From Chrysomallon squamiferum (lineage: Eukaryota > Animalia > Mollusca), in NCBI GenBank assembly GCA_012295275.1, contig CM022675.1, positions 13,640,001-13,704,000 on the forward strand: DNA of 64,000 nucleotides, read 5' to 3'. Of this stretch, positions 28,152 through 40,281 are shown one piece after another. Each line of letters opens with the position of its first letter. The first letter of the stretch is position 1. The translations under genes were made by a program, and so were the position numbers. A model generated the notes under the pieces. The model was not told the DNA's origin. It made no database searches and saw only the letters and a list, made by a program, of their open reading frames with translations.

Positions 28152-29363
28152 TATGTAAATAGATAATGGCAATGAAAATAAAAATGGTAACAATACTAAT
28201 TTAAATAAATAAGAATAAATAAATAAAAAATAAATAAATAAAAAATGACAATAAAAATCAAAATAATTAATTTAAATAAATAAATTAAAAAAATAATAAT
28301 TAAATTAAATAAAATAAACAAATATTGGTAATAAAAAAAATAGTAATAATAACAGCATCAACTTAAATTAATTTAATTTAAATAAATAAATAAAATAAAA
28401 TGAATAAATTTTAAGACTAAAAACCTGGTGATCTTGTTACTCCGAGAAATCCAGCGTTTCCAAGAGTTTTAAAAACTTGATGTGCTGGAAAACAACCTTC
28501 TGACTCCCACTGGTCAACATGTGGATTAATTTCTTTCTCAATAATCTAAAACAATTAAAACAATATCAAAAGTGAAAAAAATTAAAATAATATTTCTGCA
28601 AAACATCAAAATTATTTCTGTGTAATGAAAGTTTTAGTAGTTAGTTCAAAAAATATAATTTCTGAATTATATTTTAATTTCTTTTGGTTAAATTTGAATT
28701 ATGTAACATATAATGTTATATAAAGTGTGTGTGTGTGTGTGTGTGTATGTGTGTGTGTGTGTGATTTTACACATTATATATATATATATATATATTTCTA
28801 ATTCCATTTTATTGTCTTTATAACATTGATTTAAAAATCAGACAATCTCAAATAACAACAGTAAAAAGTGATGAATCAACAATTGTTATCTTTAATTATA
28901 CAGAAAACCTTTGAACTTTTGATCTTTAAGTTGGTGTTTTGCTCAACAGTAAAACACTTTTTACTTTTTTTTTTTTAAACAAAGCTGAAATATTATAACA
29001 TTAAATCAAATTTGTTTTGAAAAAATATTTAAGATAATAATATTAATAATAATAAATCAAACTCAAAGATAATAAGAAAAAAATATTTTAAGGAAACATC
29101 ATTCTGCAAATACAAAATAACTCTTAATAAGGAGGTTACGTACGTCGGGAGTTACTAATGGTCACAGGTTATAAATTAAATAAAACGAGAACCTTGTTCA
29201 AACTTTCTCTAAGCTGGCGATGTTCTGAAGTAAATATAACATCTTTTGTTTCATCAATATCTTGATCAGCTTTTGAAACATCTGCTAGGCAACATTTTTG
29301 GTAGTTTAATAACTGTTTAAATCTGTGAGTGAAACGACCGTTAAAACGACAAAATGACAACAT
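22997..29363 (-). CDS. Mitochondrial acyl-CoA dehydrogenase (LCAD-like / 'probable acyl-CoA dehydrogenase 6'-like), 426 aa
   Basis: Nine exons: 29363-29193, 28545-28425, 28090-27961, 27382-27276, 26692-26525, 25679-25506, 24756-24595, 24107-23957, 23093-22997 (1281 nt, in frame). ACAD motifs EYGGLGLD, SIGVSEARAGSDVA, INGSKMWITNG, DTAEIYFEDVRVP, QFQEERL, RQAFGKPL, QFWGGMGF and GADEVM are present. The N-terminus is Arg-rich and presequence-like. Confidence 0.95.
24865..25500. repeat. Degenerate ~40-bp repeats in ACAD intron 6
   Basis: About eight diverged aatgttaac(c/t)ctttatca-like units resembling the sequence next to the exon 6 donor (aatgttaaccctttgttacctg, 25487-25508). Confidence 0.6.
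25628..26060 (-). repeat. Tandem triplication of the ACAD intron 5/exon 6 boundary
   Basis: The acceptor plus the first ~52 nt of exon 6 occur three times, with exon-start positions 26026, 25868 and 25679 (periods 158 and 189 nt), separated by CA-rich spacer. Confidence 0.92.
26688..27237. repeat. Minisatellite filling ACAD intron 4, derived from the exon 5 acceptor
   Basis: Many copies of ctatgtctgtcaaatacacat (minus strand: atgtgtatttgacag|acatag), which is the actual intron/exon 5 junction sequence. Confidence 0.85.
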
Positions 29364-29995
29364 TGTAATAGTCTACGACTCTACGTCTTTCGGCCCAGTA
29401 AAAGTAGGACCATTTGTTTTGGCATAAATATAGAATTAGCTCCCTTTAAATTGGTAAAAATTAAAAATTATTTTACTGAAAAATGAACGGACACTGATTT
29501 TATTTCATTACACCATTGTTGTTTTTTAATTTTCTCTTTCAGTTTTTAGTTTTTGTTTTGTAATTTTTTCTCAATTAAAATTTATTTAAACCTTTTACAG
29601 GATTTTATTTAACTTACTTTTATATGTTGTTTTTTTATTACAGTTTGATAACATTTAAATTTTATTTCTCCTTAGTCCGGATGTAAATAATGTAAAATTT
29701 TATTGTTCGAACTTACCAAAGAAGTATTTCGTTAGTGTTTGTTTTGTAAGTTTGTTTTTCTTGTATATCTTTTTTTTCTTACGTAGAACAGTGTTTGCAG
29801 ATAAGTTGTGTGAGATTCAAACAAAATGTTTTTTAATTTGTTAAATCATATTTCCTACATTAGATTAATTATATTTGACCTAGGATCACTAACCAACGCT
29901 GCCGGCCGGCTTTTCGACTCAGTCGAGTTTGTTCTAGTATCTACTTGTTCTTCACTTATTTGGCTTGTTCTATTTCTAGACTGATCTGTAACGTA
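29364..29995. promoter_or_regulatory. Putative bidirectional promoter of ACAD (-) and IAH1 (+)
   Basis: Head-to-head genes with two small CpG-containing patches (29370-29420 and 29880-29995) in otherwise CpG-poor gene bodies. Confidence 0.55.
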
Positions 29996-30139
29996 AAGTA
30001 TTTACTAGAATGTAGAATAAGCATTTCAGCTTTAATGAGAATGTTTTATATAATTTTATAAACACTTGTATTTCTATACATGATTAAAATAATAAAAAAA
30101 AAAATAAATAAAAACAATAATCATTAATATAAATAAAGA

Positions 30140-30186
<47 letters not shown>

Positions 30187-30363
30187 AAAAAAATACCTCC
30201 CCATAAAATATAATTGTTAAACTATATAAAATGATAAAAACAACAATAAATTATAATTAATTATTCTGATATTTTGATTATATAATTAATATTTACAGCT
30301 AGTATAGTCTTATGTTTTAACGTGAAATACTTAAATGCTGACTGAGTTCGAATTAATTTTAAT

Positions 30364-30404
<41 letters not shown>

Positions 30405-30409
30405 TTCAG

Positions 30410-30451
30410 TTGATCAAATATGGTTGTCAGAAACTGGTATTTCATGCTGAG
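30410..30451 (+). other. Putative 5'UTR exon of IAH1
   Basis: Flanked by a polypyrimidine ttcag acceptor and an ag|gtaatt donor. It can splice to the acceptor at 30586-30587 that precedes the ATG. Confidence 0.5.
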
Positions 30452-30608
30452 GTAATTAATTAATTCTTGGGGGGAGAAAGACAAAAATAATAATTATGTA
30501 TGTGTGCATGTGTGAATATATTGTTTGTGGCTTGTCCAAGTTATTTGATATGGAATGATATAAACATATTTATGTGTGTGTATTTAGGTATTTTCATTGT
30601 GTAGAAGT

Positions 30609-33600
30609 ATGACGGATGAAAACACAGTTGTTTTTTGGCCAAAGATAGTTTTATTTGGCGACTCCCTTACACAGGTATGTAAAAAAATTAAAAATCAAAA
30701 TTAAAAATCAAAATTAAAACAAAAATCATTTTATACTCACAGATAGTCCCATTACAAATTTCTATTTTTAAAAAAAATACATATATAATATATTGAAAAA
30801 AAAAAAAATAATAAAAAAAACCACCAAACAATCTAGTGTATAATAATTTAGGAACAGCAAAACAGTACAGTCAGTGATGTTTTCTTCATTTATGTGAATA
30901 TGAATATATATTATACCTTGTTATCTAAACACACACACACACAGAGAGAGACAGAAACACACATACCAAATACTATTATGTTAGTACATACAGTAAATGA
31001 AAACATAATTGCACCCAAGTATGGTACACTCACACTCACACACACACACATATACATACACATACACATACATATTTACAAATCTATGCATTCAGAGAGA
31101 TTCATCATGTAGACACAAAATATAAAAATAAAATAAAAAAGTGCAAAAAAGAACAATGTTTCAGTTTTAGTTTTTACAAAATTTTCTATCGAATCAATGG
31201 TTCACTTTTAACAATGATTAAATTTCAGCAATGTTTCAGTTCTGAAGGAAGATGGGGTTCATTATTAGCTGATCATTTACAAAGGTAACAATTTAAAATT
31301 CTCTTTGACTTTACTTTATCTTAATAAGTTAATTAAATATATACAATGATTTCATAGAAAACTTTAATATAATAATATGGTTAATTTTGTAAAATGTTGT
31401 TAATATATTGAACATTTGGTGAAAATATTGATATATTTGATCTGCAAAAATACTGATATCTTAATCTTTGATGTGTGAATATACTTATATTTTTTTACCT
31501 GTGAAAATACTGATATCTTAATCTTTGACGTGTGAATATACTGATATTTTTTTATCTGTAAAAATAGAGATTGTTTGAATCTGAAAATATTCATATTGTT
31601 TTAAAAAAAATTCTACCTTTAAAAATATTCATATCTTTGAACTTGAAAAATATTATTTTTTTTTTTTTTTTTTTTGAACTGGAAAAATTGTGACATCAAA
31701 ATATTTTGGAATTAAAAGTGTTTACTGAAACAGTCAGTAATAATTACATCAATTATTTCAGAAAGTGTGATATCATTAATCGTGGGTTCTCGGGATACAA
31801 TGTTCGATGGTGTAAGTTTCTGTTGCCACAGCTGATATCAGAGGAAGACGCTGATGTTATTGCTGCTGTAACAATATTCCTCGGTGCCAACGACTCCAAC
31901 GATGCCACTCTGAACTCAAGGCAGCATGTACCACTTGAAGAATATCAGGAAGGTCTCAATGAAATGGTGGAATATTTACAGGTGTTGTTGTTGATTCTTA
32001 ATTCTCTAGTTTGATGTTGTTTATAGTGGTGTACCTTTTTTTAATGTGAATAAATAGTCAAAAATATCTTCAGTATAGAGTACACAGTTATGTTTTTTTA
32101 TATTTGTTTGTTTTTAAATTTATTTATTTTGTATTTATGTTATATTTATTTGTTTGTTTATTTAGTTATTTACTTATTTACTTATTTATGTATTTATTTG
32201 CCTATTTACTTACATTCTTATTATTTGTTTACTTATTTATTTATTTATTATTATTATTTTTATTATTATTATTATTTTGTAAATTTTTACTTAGTTTTTT
32301 GGCCTTCCAATCTTAATTAACAATAAAGTAAAATGACAGAACTGTATAATTTAAAAATATCTGGGCACCACCCCATTCCTATAGTCGTAACACCTTTGTA
32401 TGCAACTATGATACCAAAAGTAGGTGATGATGTCACACCTGCAGTTGTGATATAAAATGGCAGAGTTAAGATAGTTTGCAAACTTTGTTAGGAGCACTGA
32501 CTGGTCACAGAAAACTCTAAAATAACAACTCAGAAGTTAAAATTAATTTTATTACATTATTTATTCACACCACCCCCTGTATACATAAAAACCATGTCAG
32601 GTTATCTCCCTTTGTAGCTTGTTTGGAATTATCTCCCTTTGCAAAAATCTCTAAAATGTTTTTTCTTGCAGTCTGCTGGTCTCGAAAGACAGAAAATTAT
32701 TTTAATTACACCACCACCTTGTGATGTGAAAGCCTGGGAGAAAGAATGTGCTGCAAAAGGTCTGTACACTTTTAACTGTTACTACAGGTACCTGACCAAT
32801 TATCCAGACTCTTTGGGGTCTGGGGCATTCTGGATTTCTGAATTTTCAGGTTTTCTGGTATCAACGCGTCTAAATACCTAAATGATTAGGCATAAACATT
32901 TTAAAATTAAAAACATAAAGAAATTTGACGATACACATCTGTGGTGACTCAACACATAAAAAATGTGGCGAGAGAATGAACACCACATGGCTTGAAAGAG
33001 TAGCATTGGGAATAATCTTCTGGTTTTCTGGTCTTTCCTGATTTTATGACCCCGGATAATTGGTCCAGTACCTGTACTGCTATTGTTACTTCTACTATGA
33101 ATACAACATATACTAGTACTGTGATTAGTTTTATTATTTCTACTGTTGCCACTATTACTACTACTACCTGACTACTGGAGCCAGTCCTGAGTGGCTGTTA
33201 CTCCCACAAGCCAGTCCTGGAAGGATGAGACAGTGGCAGTTCTCCTCACATTGGCACTTGTTTGACATATTCATTTATCTTGAAGAAGGAAGGATGTGAA
33301 CATTGTCAGTCTAATGTGATAAAGTGCCACATTTTGTTGCACTGCAATTTATTTCACCCAGTAAAGATCATTTATCCTAAATGTGATGGAACCATTCACC
33401 TCCATCCTGAACTTGTTTTAAAAAATGTTGAGAGTTGCAGAATTTTAGTTTAAATTTGACTTCAAATAGATTGTTATACTTTTATTTTTGCACAGCTCTT
33501 TACAATGTGTTTTAATTAATTTTGAATTTTTATAAAGTAGTCACCATTTTGTTATATTTACCTTTGATGTGATACCCAGAAACTGATATGTTCTTTTGTG

Positions 33601-34993
33601 CTGGGGTGTCGTTAAACATTTATTCATTCATTTTACTATTACAATTTTTTTATTATTATTACTATTTATGACTACTATTACTACAACTATTATTCCTTCT
33701 GTCATTATATTAGATATAGATACAGATATATATATATAAAAAAACACAAGTTATATATCTAATTCTATTTTACCATTTACTGTAAAGTTACTGTAAAGTT
33801 TTATATCACTACCAACAAAATTATAAAATTGATATATATATACAGAGAGAGAGAGATATGTATGTATAAGAAAGGAACTACTCTTAAAAGTTACATATCT
33901 AATTCTGTTTTACCATTCACTGTAATGTTACTCAGTTACATATCTAATTCTGTTTTACCATTCACTGTAATGTTACTCAGTTACATATCTAATTCTATTT
34001 TACCATTCACTGTAATGTTTTTAGTTTTATTTTACTAGTAATAAGATTATAAAATTCCTGTTGTGTAAATTCAGGAAGAACAATGGCTAAGAACAACAAG
34101 AAGACAGGAGAGTACGCCAAAGCGTGTGTGGAGGCAGCTACAGAGTGCGGTACTAAGTGCATCGACCTGTACTCCGCCATGATGAAGAATGAGGTACAAC
34201 AGTTTCTTTGTGTTTGTTTTTTCATAACTGGGAAAGAGTGGCTTATTTATAAACTGTCATTTAGATTATTATTATTTATTTTATTTTATTTTTTTATTTT
34301 TAATTTTTTTTTTAAATTTTTTTTTTTTATTTATTATTTTTTTTTTTTTTTTTTATTTTTTTATTTTATTATATTTTTATTATTGTATATTATTTATTTA
34401 TTTTATTATTATTATTAATTGTTTGTATTAATTAATTATTACTGTAAGCAATTTGAACAAAAAAGTGAAAGAAAATGTTTATTAGTTTGTATTTTATTAT
34501 TATTATTTAATTTGATATTTTTTATGGTTATTATAGTTTTATTGTTTTAATTATTTATTACTGTTAATAATTTCTATTTCTTTCTTTCTTTATTTCTTTC
34601 TTTATTTCTTTCTTTATTTCTTTATTTCTTTATTTTCTTTATTTATGTTTTTACTAAGGAAAGTTTTTGATGTTTTATCTGTAAGAACTGAGAGAAAATG
34701 TTTATCATTTATTTATTTTATTTTTATTTTAATTTTTTTTTTGACTTCAGGGTTGGGAAGAGTATTTACATGATGGTCTTCACCTGAGTAAGAAAGGATC
34801 AGAATTTTTGTTTGAACAGTTGAAACCTTTGATTGATGATCTTACATCCGGGCTGAAAACCGATTTCCTCTGTGGGACCAGATTGATGAGAAGAACCCAG
34901 AGTCATCATTATGTCTGGATACAATTTGACGATGATGTCAGCGAGGATGATGATGTTTTACTAAATAATCTGATACCAGGTAGAAGGAGTTGA
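30609..34993 (+). CDS. IAH1: Isoamyl acetate-hydrolyzing esterase 1 homolog (GDSL/SGNH hydrolase); probable 1-nt frameshift at ~34864-34866, with the true stop likely at 34929
   Basis: Exons 30609-30674, 31229-31284, 31762-31981, 32672-32759, 34075-34193 and 34751-end splice in frame. SGNH blocks WPKIVLFGDSLTQ, NRGFSGYN, IFLGANDS, IILITPPP and YLHDGLHLS are present. The IAH1-like tail FPLWDQIDEKNPESSL lies in a shifted frame ending at TGA 34927-34929, whereas the unshifted frame ends at 34993. Confidence 0.92.
31445..31565. repeat. ~59-bp tandem duplication in IAH1 intron 2
   Basis: Two copies of aaaatactgatatcttaatctttga(t/c)gtgtgaatatact... Confidence 0.75.
32785..33074. mobile_element. 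MITE (Tc1/mariner-pogo type), 290 bp, in IAH1 intron 4
   Basis: Imperfect terminal inverted repeats caggtacctgaccaattatcc ... ggataattggtccagtacctg, with a TA dinucleotide on both sides (32783-32784, 33075-33076). No transposase ORF. Confidence 0.8.
33175..33632 (+). mobile_element. Degenerate 3' end of an I-group non-LTR retrotransposon (LINE)
   Basis: Reads ...HIG-TCLTYSFILKKEGCEHCQSNVIKCHILLHC..., matching the RIGHTxLTHS...CxxC...HILxxC C-terminal zinc-knuckle region of I-group ORF2. It is followed by a 3'UTR ending gtgctggggtgtcgttaaacatttattcattcatt (short-repeat tail), and is interrupted by a stop and indels. Confidence 0.7.
33890..34018. repeat. 45-bp tandem repeat x3 in IAH1 intron 4
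   Basis: gttacatatctaattctgttttaccattcactgtaatgttactca at 33890, 33935 and 33980, with a diverged copy near 33750. Confidence 0.9.
34651..34700 (+). pseudogene. Ectopic fragment of an AOX copy 1 exon inside IAH1 intron 5
   Basis: 34651-34681 matches 2694-2724 at 30/31 nt and 34683-34700 matches 2741-2758 at 18/18 nt. The 16 intervening AOX nucleotides are replaced by a single T. Confidence 0.85.
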
Positions 34994-35009
34994 TGACATA
35001 AGATTTAGA

Positions 35010-35290
35010 AGGATTGGTGAAAATGTTTTAAATTGTAACAGTTACAAAGGTATGGTAAAATTTGCAATTGACTGTAACAAGTAGATTGTTCAAACAATTT
35101 GTAATTGATTGTAGGAGTTACAAATAGATTGGTAAAATAATTTGTAGATTGGAAAATAATTTGTAATTGATTGTAAGAGTTACAAATAGAGAGTAAAATG
35201 ATTGTAACAGTTACAAGTAGATTGGTAAAATAAGTTTGTAATGGTAACAGTTACAAATACATTGGTAAATTTGTAATTGATTATAGCAAA
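35010..35290. repeat. Degenerate tandem repeat downstream of the IAH1 stop
   Basis: Recurring gattgtaacagttacaaatagattggtaaaataatttgtaatt-like units. Confidence 0.75.
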
Positions 35291-36754
35291 CTGTCTGAAG
35301 CACTTTGATGAAATACTTTTGGAAAAAAATAATGTTTTGTAACTTGTGCAAGATAAAATTTATGAATATATTAGTAAACAATTCTGAATTTTTATCAACA
35401 CTCAAAACACAGTCATACAAATTTCTAAAAAAATAAAATAATGATGATGAACTTATTGATCAAGAAATTTAATCATCATTTGGACTCCAATTAAATATTT
35501 TATAATCATTTCATATGAAGAATGATCATAAAATTGTCAAAAACAAAACTGTGGAATTTTTAATGATTATTAAATGCAAATGATACAAATACAAAATCGC
35601 AATTTATAAAAAACACTGGTATAAAAAAACTAACAAAACTTAATAACATTAAAAAATACAGTAGATTATAAAAATGATAATTATGAATAAGAAAAATATT
35701 TTGCTATTTGTACATACAATGAGATAGAAAAAAAAAAAAAAAAAAAAAAAGACAACATGACCAAACAAAAACAGAACATCCCTTTAAGATATTATTATTA
35801 TTATTAAAACATTTTTAAGATGATCACAGTTCTGGGATTTTAAATTATTAGACTAGAATTAAATTTCCATAATTTTATTGACATATGAAAATATTTTGAT
35901 AAAATCTGTTGTTTAATATAAAACTTACAATATGTACACATGTATGTACACGTGCACACACACACATACATGATGCACAGTAAACTTCTTCAATCATGAA
36001 CTAAATAATTGTTGAGATTTTGTTGTAAATTTTGAAAAAAATTGTTAAAAAATAATCACATATTATACATATTTTTATTAAATCCTTTTACAAATGTTTC
36101 TAATCTTTATTTGATATTTATAAAGAAATTATATTAACCCCCTCCCAAAAAAAAAAAGAAAAAAGAAAAAGAAAACCCACCAAGAGATGAAAAAAAAAAC
36201 AGAAACTGATTAATAGGTTATTATGAACTGATTTTTATATTATAGTTTCATTGTTATTAGTAATTACTTTTATTATTGTTATTACCATTATTAATTACTG
36301 AAACCTTTACTGAAACTTAAGTCATATCCATCAAATTTACCTTTTTATTATTTATTTATTTATTATTATTATTATTATTTATTATTTTTTTTTTTTTTTT
36401 TTGACTTCATTTTCATATCATTAATAAAAACCATAAATTTAGATATTAATTTTTGTTTGTTCTGTCAATAAAACTAATTATTTTTTCAGTATAATGAATA
36501 TTTTGAATGCTCAAAACCTCTAGAAGCACAAATATATTTATTAGTGGAATAAATAAATATAAAAATGAAAATGTGTTGTGTTTGTTGTTTTACAAATATA
36601 TCCTTGAACAGTTCCTATTATGTTCTGTTAGCTGTTTTATGATCAAACTTATTAAAGTCTTTGAGAAATCATGTGAGAAAGAATTAGTATCCTGTATGAA
36701 ATCCTTTGATAATGGTAAACAAAATTAAAATCCAGTGAGATCTGTGACAATGCT

Positions 36755-37320
36755 GATATTCTGTAAGAATTTATTACCTATTTGTAGGACTGTTAATATC
36801 ATTTAAGAATTTATGCCCTATGAGCAAGAACATTTGGCCTATAAGAATTCCTGTCCCATGAGTAAAACTGTTAATATCCTGTAGTAAGATGTTGGTGTCC
36901 TGTAAGAATTCATGTCCTGCATGTAAAACTTCATAAGACGTAGTATGGAGTAAGACTCAGTATTCTTTAAGAACTCATATCTTATTAATAAGTCAATATC
37001 CTGTAAGACTTAGTATCCTGTTAGAATTTATATCTTGTAAGTCAATATCCTGTAAGAATTCATATTCTGTAAGACTTAGTATCCTGTAAGAATTTATATC
37101 TTGTCAGTATCCTGTAAGAATTCATATTCTGTAAGACTTAGTATCCTGTAAGAATTTATATCTTGTAAGTCAATATTCTGTAAGACTTAGTATCCTGTAA
37201 GAATTTATATCTTGTAAGTCAATATCCTGTAAGAATTCATATTCTGTAAGACTTAGTATCCTGTGAGTTAGACTTATAAAAAATGTCCTGTGAGGAAGAC
37301 CATTAGGATCCTGTAAACAT
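36755..37320. repeat. Hierarchical minisatellite built on a tatcctgtaag core
   Basis: Alternating tatcctgtaagaatt(t/c)a, tatcttgtaagtcaa and tattctgtaagacttag subunits, most homogeneous at 36990-37265. Confidence 0.85.
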
Positions 37321-37963
37321 TCTGTCATATAAACAAGAGATTACTCTATCAGAAGGTGTTACAACAGTTTGTTATAAATCCTCTATTCTGGTATGTTAAT
37401 TGTCTAAAATTAAATAACTTTTATTTAACAGTGGACTTTAAATATTTTTAATCTGTAGTTATGTGGTCAACGACAATCAAATAACAAAGATACAATATAT
37501 GAATGATTGTCCTTTCTTGTTATCTTTGTTTATTTTATTTTTATTTATTTATTTATTGTTGTTATTTTCGTATCATCATCCCCTTCATCATTATTATTAT
37601 CATTACTAGTATCATTATTATCACTATTACTGTTATTATGATCATCATTATTATTATCATTTTCGTATTATTATCATTTTCGTATTATCATCATCATCAT
37701 CATTATTAATCAGAATCAGCAAGGACTCTTTTATCTACACCTACAGACGAGAAAGCTGGTTGTTTGAACAGAAACGTTTACCAATGAGACGCTACGAAGT
37801 CTTGATCCTGAAACCGATCTGACCTCAGAAACACACCCTGACCTTGTCCTACAATCACACTACCTTTGTGTTGATGTGTAAGAAATGATATAAATTATCT
37901 TAGATCAGATATTTCAAGTTCCAACTTCTGCTTAAAGTATCAGATACATTTGAATACTTGAAG

Positions 37964-37997
<34 letters not shown>

Positions 37998-38721
37998 AAT
38001 CCAACGAGTTAACCATAAAATATTTTGTCCTCACCCAAAGCCAGTGCTCCACCCTAATCACGCCATTGACTAAGTAGTAAATAGAACTAGTTTTGTCTTA
38101 AACTCAACTGCTAATATATTATTACCGCTTTTAGATAAACTATTACTAGCTTTATCATTAGAATACAGAGGGAATGGGGATACCATTAAATAATAATAAT
38201 AACAACAACAACAACAACAACAACAACAATAACAACAACAATAAAATTAAATATAACGATTGTTAAAGTGAAAATAACTTCAGTTTTTTGTAAATTAATT
38301 TTTATTCTTTTGGGGGGCGACGTGAAAATAGAAAGCCCAGCGTTTAAATCAGTTGAACAATGATAAATAAATAAATAAATAAATAAAAAAAAACAACAAC
38401 AATAATAATAATAAAAAAAATAATAAGGAAACAAGAATATTTAGTTACAGTCAATAAGGTAACAAAATTAGTTTGAACCGTCTTTCTGTAAACGTGTTTA
38501 TTTCACCCTCAGAAATGATATACAGATCTCCGTTCTTTTCATATATAATGTTTTATGTTACACACTGTCGTATGTCAGATTTCTACGAAAGTTATTATTA
38601 GAAGAGCTGAGAAACGTTCTTTTACATTTAATAATTTAAGGAAAGAAGAAACAAACAATAAAAACAACAAAAATAATTTTTAAAAAATAAGCAAATTTAA
38701 AATAAATAAACACATAAACAA

Positions 38722-38753
<32 letters not shown>

Positions 38754-38931
38754 ACGTACAAATGAAGAAATAATCCCTGCCAAAAATAATAATATTTGAT
38801 GACTGGGGTTGAAAAGCATGCTGATAAATTACAAATGGAGAATAGTGAAATACATAACCTAGGTATTGGAGAATACCTCATTTAAAGTTACAATGACATA
38901 TTAATTGTTTGTTTATTTGTTTGTTTGTTTC

Positions 38932-38968
<37 letters not shown>

Positions 38969-39839
38969 GGTACGGATCTACGTATGTCGGAGAATTGTCT
39001 CCATTCCTAAATCATTTAAGAAATGCTGACGTCACCAAGATGCGTCATTTTTCAGAAACAAAGGGAGCTAACAAAATGATTGCGCGCTTGATTTTTCATG
39101 TTCCTTAGAAATCAAAGCATTAAAAACAGAAATATGGAAACATTATTAGACATGAACATTGTAAGTTAAACCTGAATGTTGACGTCAGCATGTAACGTCA
39201 CTGTTCTTATAAATAACATCATAAAATCAGTACTCGCTTTTAGCAACCATCTTCTTCCGACTGCAGCTATTTTCATGTTTGACCTTATGTTGCTTGATTT
39301 TTCTGAATCAATGACATATTAAATAATTACTTAAAAAGCAGTTTGTTGTCTTGATCGCATTAGATAAGTACAAAAGTGTAATAAGTACATAAACAAATTT
39401 GTATGTATGTATGTATGTATGTATGTATGAATGCATGTATGTACGAGTAAAAAAAAAAAAAAAAAAAAAAAGTTGATAAAAACATTATTTCTAAATTCAA
39501 ATATATTTTTAAAATATATGCAAGACCAATTTATTACACTCCTCAAACTCATTTTATTTGTTTATTTTTATTTTGATATATAACTCACTCAAAAACTGAA
39601 CTCAACCGTGTATCAAGAAAAAGATGTTAGCGTAAAATGCAGATAATTCTGTCAAGAAAATGTAGATTAGCCCACGCAGATGTACAAATCGTTTTTGACA
39701 CAAAGCGTAATTTATTACCAGTAATACACAAACAGACAACATAATTTTCAATTTCACCTTTCACCTCTCTCGTTTCACATCGAAATTAACTCAAAAATTT
39801 GATTTTGAGGCTTGCCCATTGTCTCGTATTGTGGAACAA

Positions 39840-40281
39840 TCAAAACATTCACCCGAGCATGCGCGTGAAGTGCATTTCTGGGTAGTACATGCACGTGCCA
39901 GGTCTCGTCTGCTGCTGAACTCGGTGTGACCGGAAGACGACACTTTTGTTGTCAGTAGATTACAGGAGATACTATTTTCCTGACTTCTCTTCTATAAGCT
40001 TTTGATAACGTCACGTCACATCTTAGTGAAATTTATTACCTTGTTGCTGCAATTATGAGCTATTTCCCTCAAGACTGTCTGCTTAAATTTTGCTTCTTTT
40101 TGTCATCCTTTCCACTCACCAGTCGTCTACGTGGTCAGCGTTGTCAAATAAAAGCAACAGCACATGGGAAAATCGAGAATCGGCTTCGCGACACGGTGAA
40201 GGAAGGACAAGCTGTTGTTTAGATATCAGTATCATTTCGTCATAGTTACGAAGGCGGAAGAAACCGAAGTAGAAACAAAAG
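39840..40281 (+). promoter_or_regulatory. Putative promoter and non-coding first exon of the FFamide gene
   Basis: CpG-rich region with ACGTCA/CACGTG words and an Inr-like tcagt near 40226, ending in a consensus aag|gtaagt donor (exon end 40281). The FFamide ATG sits immediately after an acceptor at 44951-44952, so an upstream exon is expected. Confidence 0.55.
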
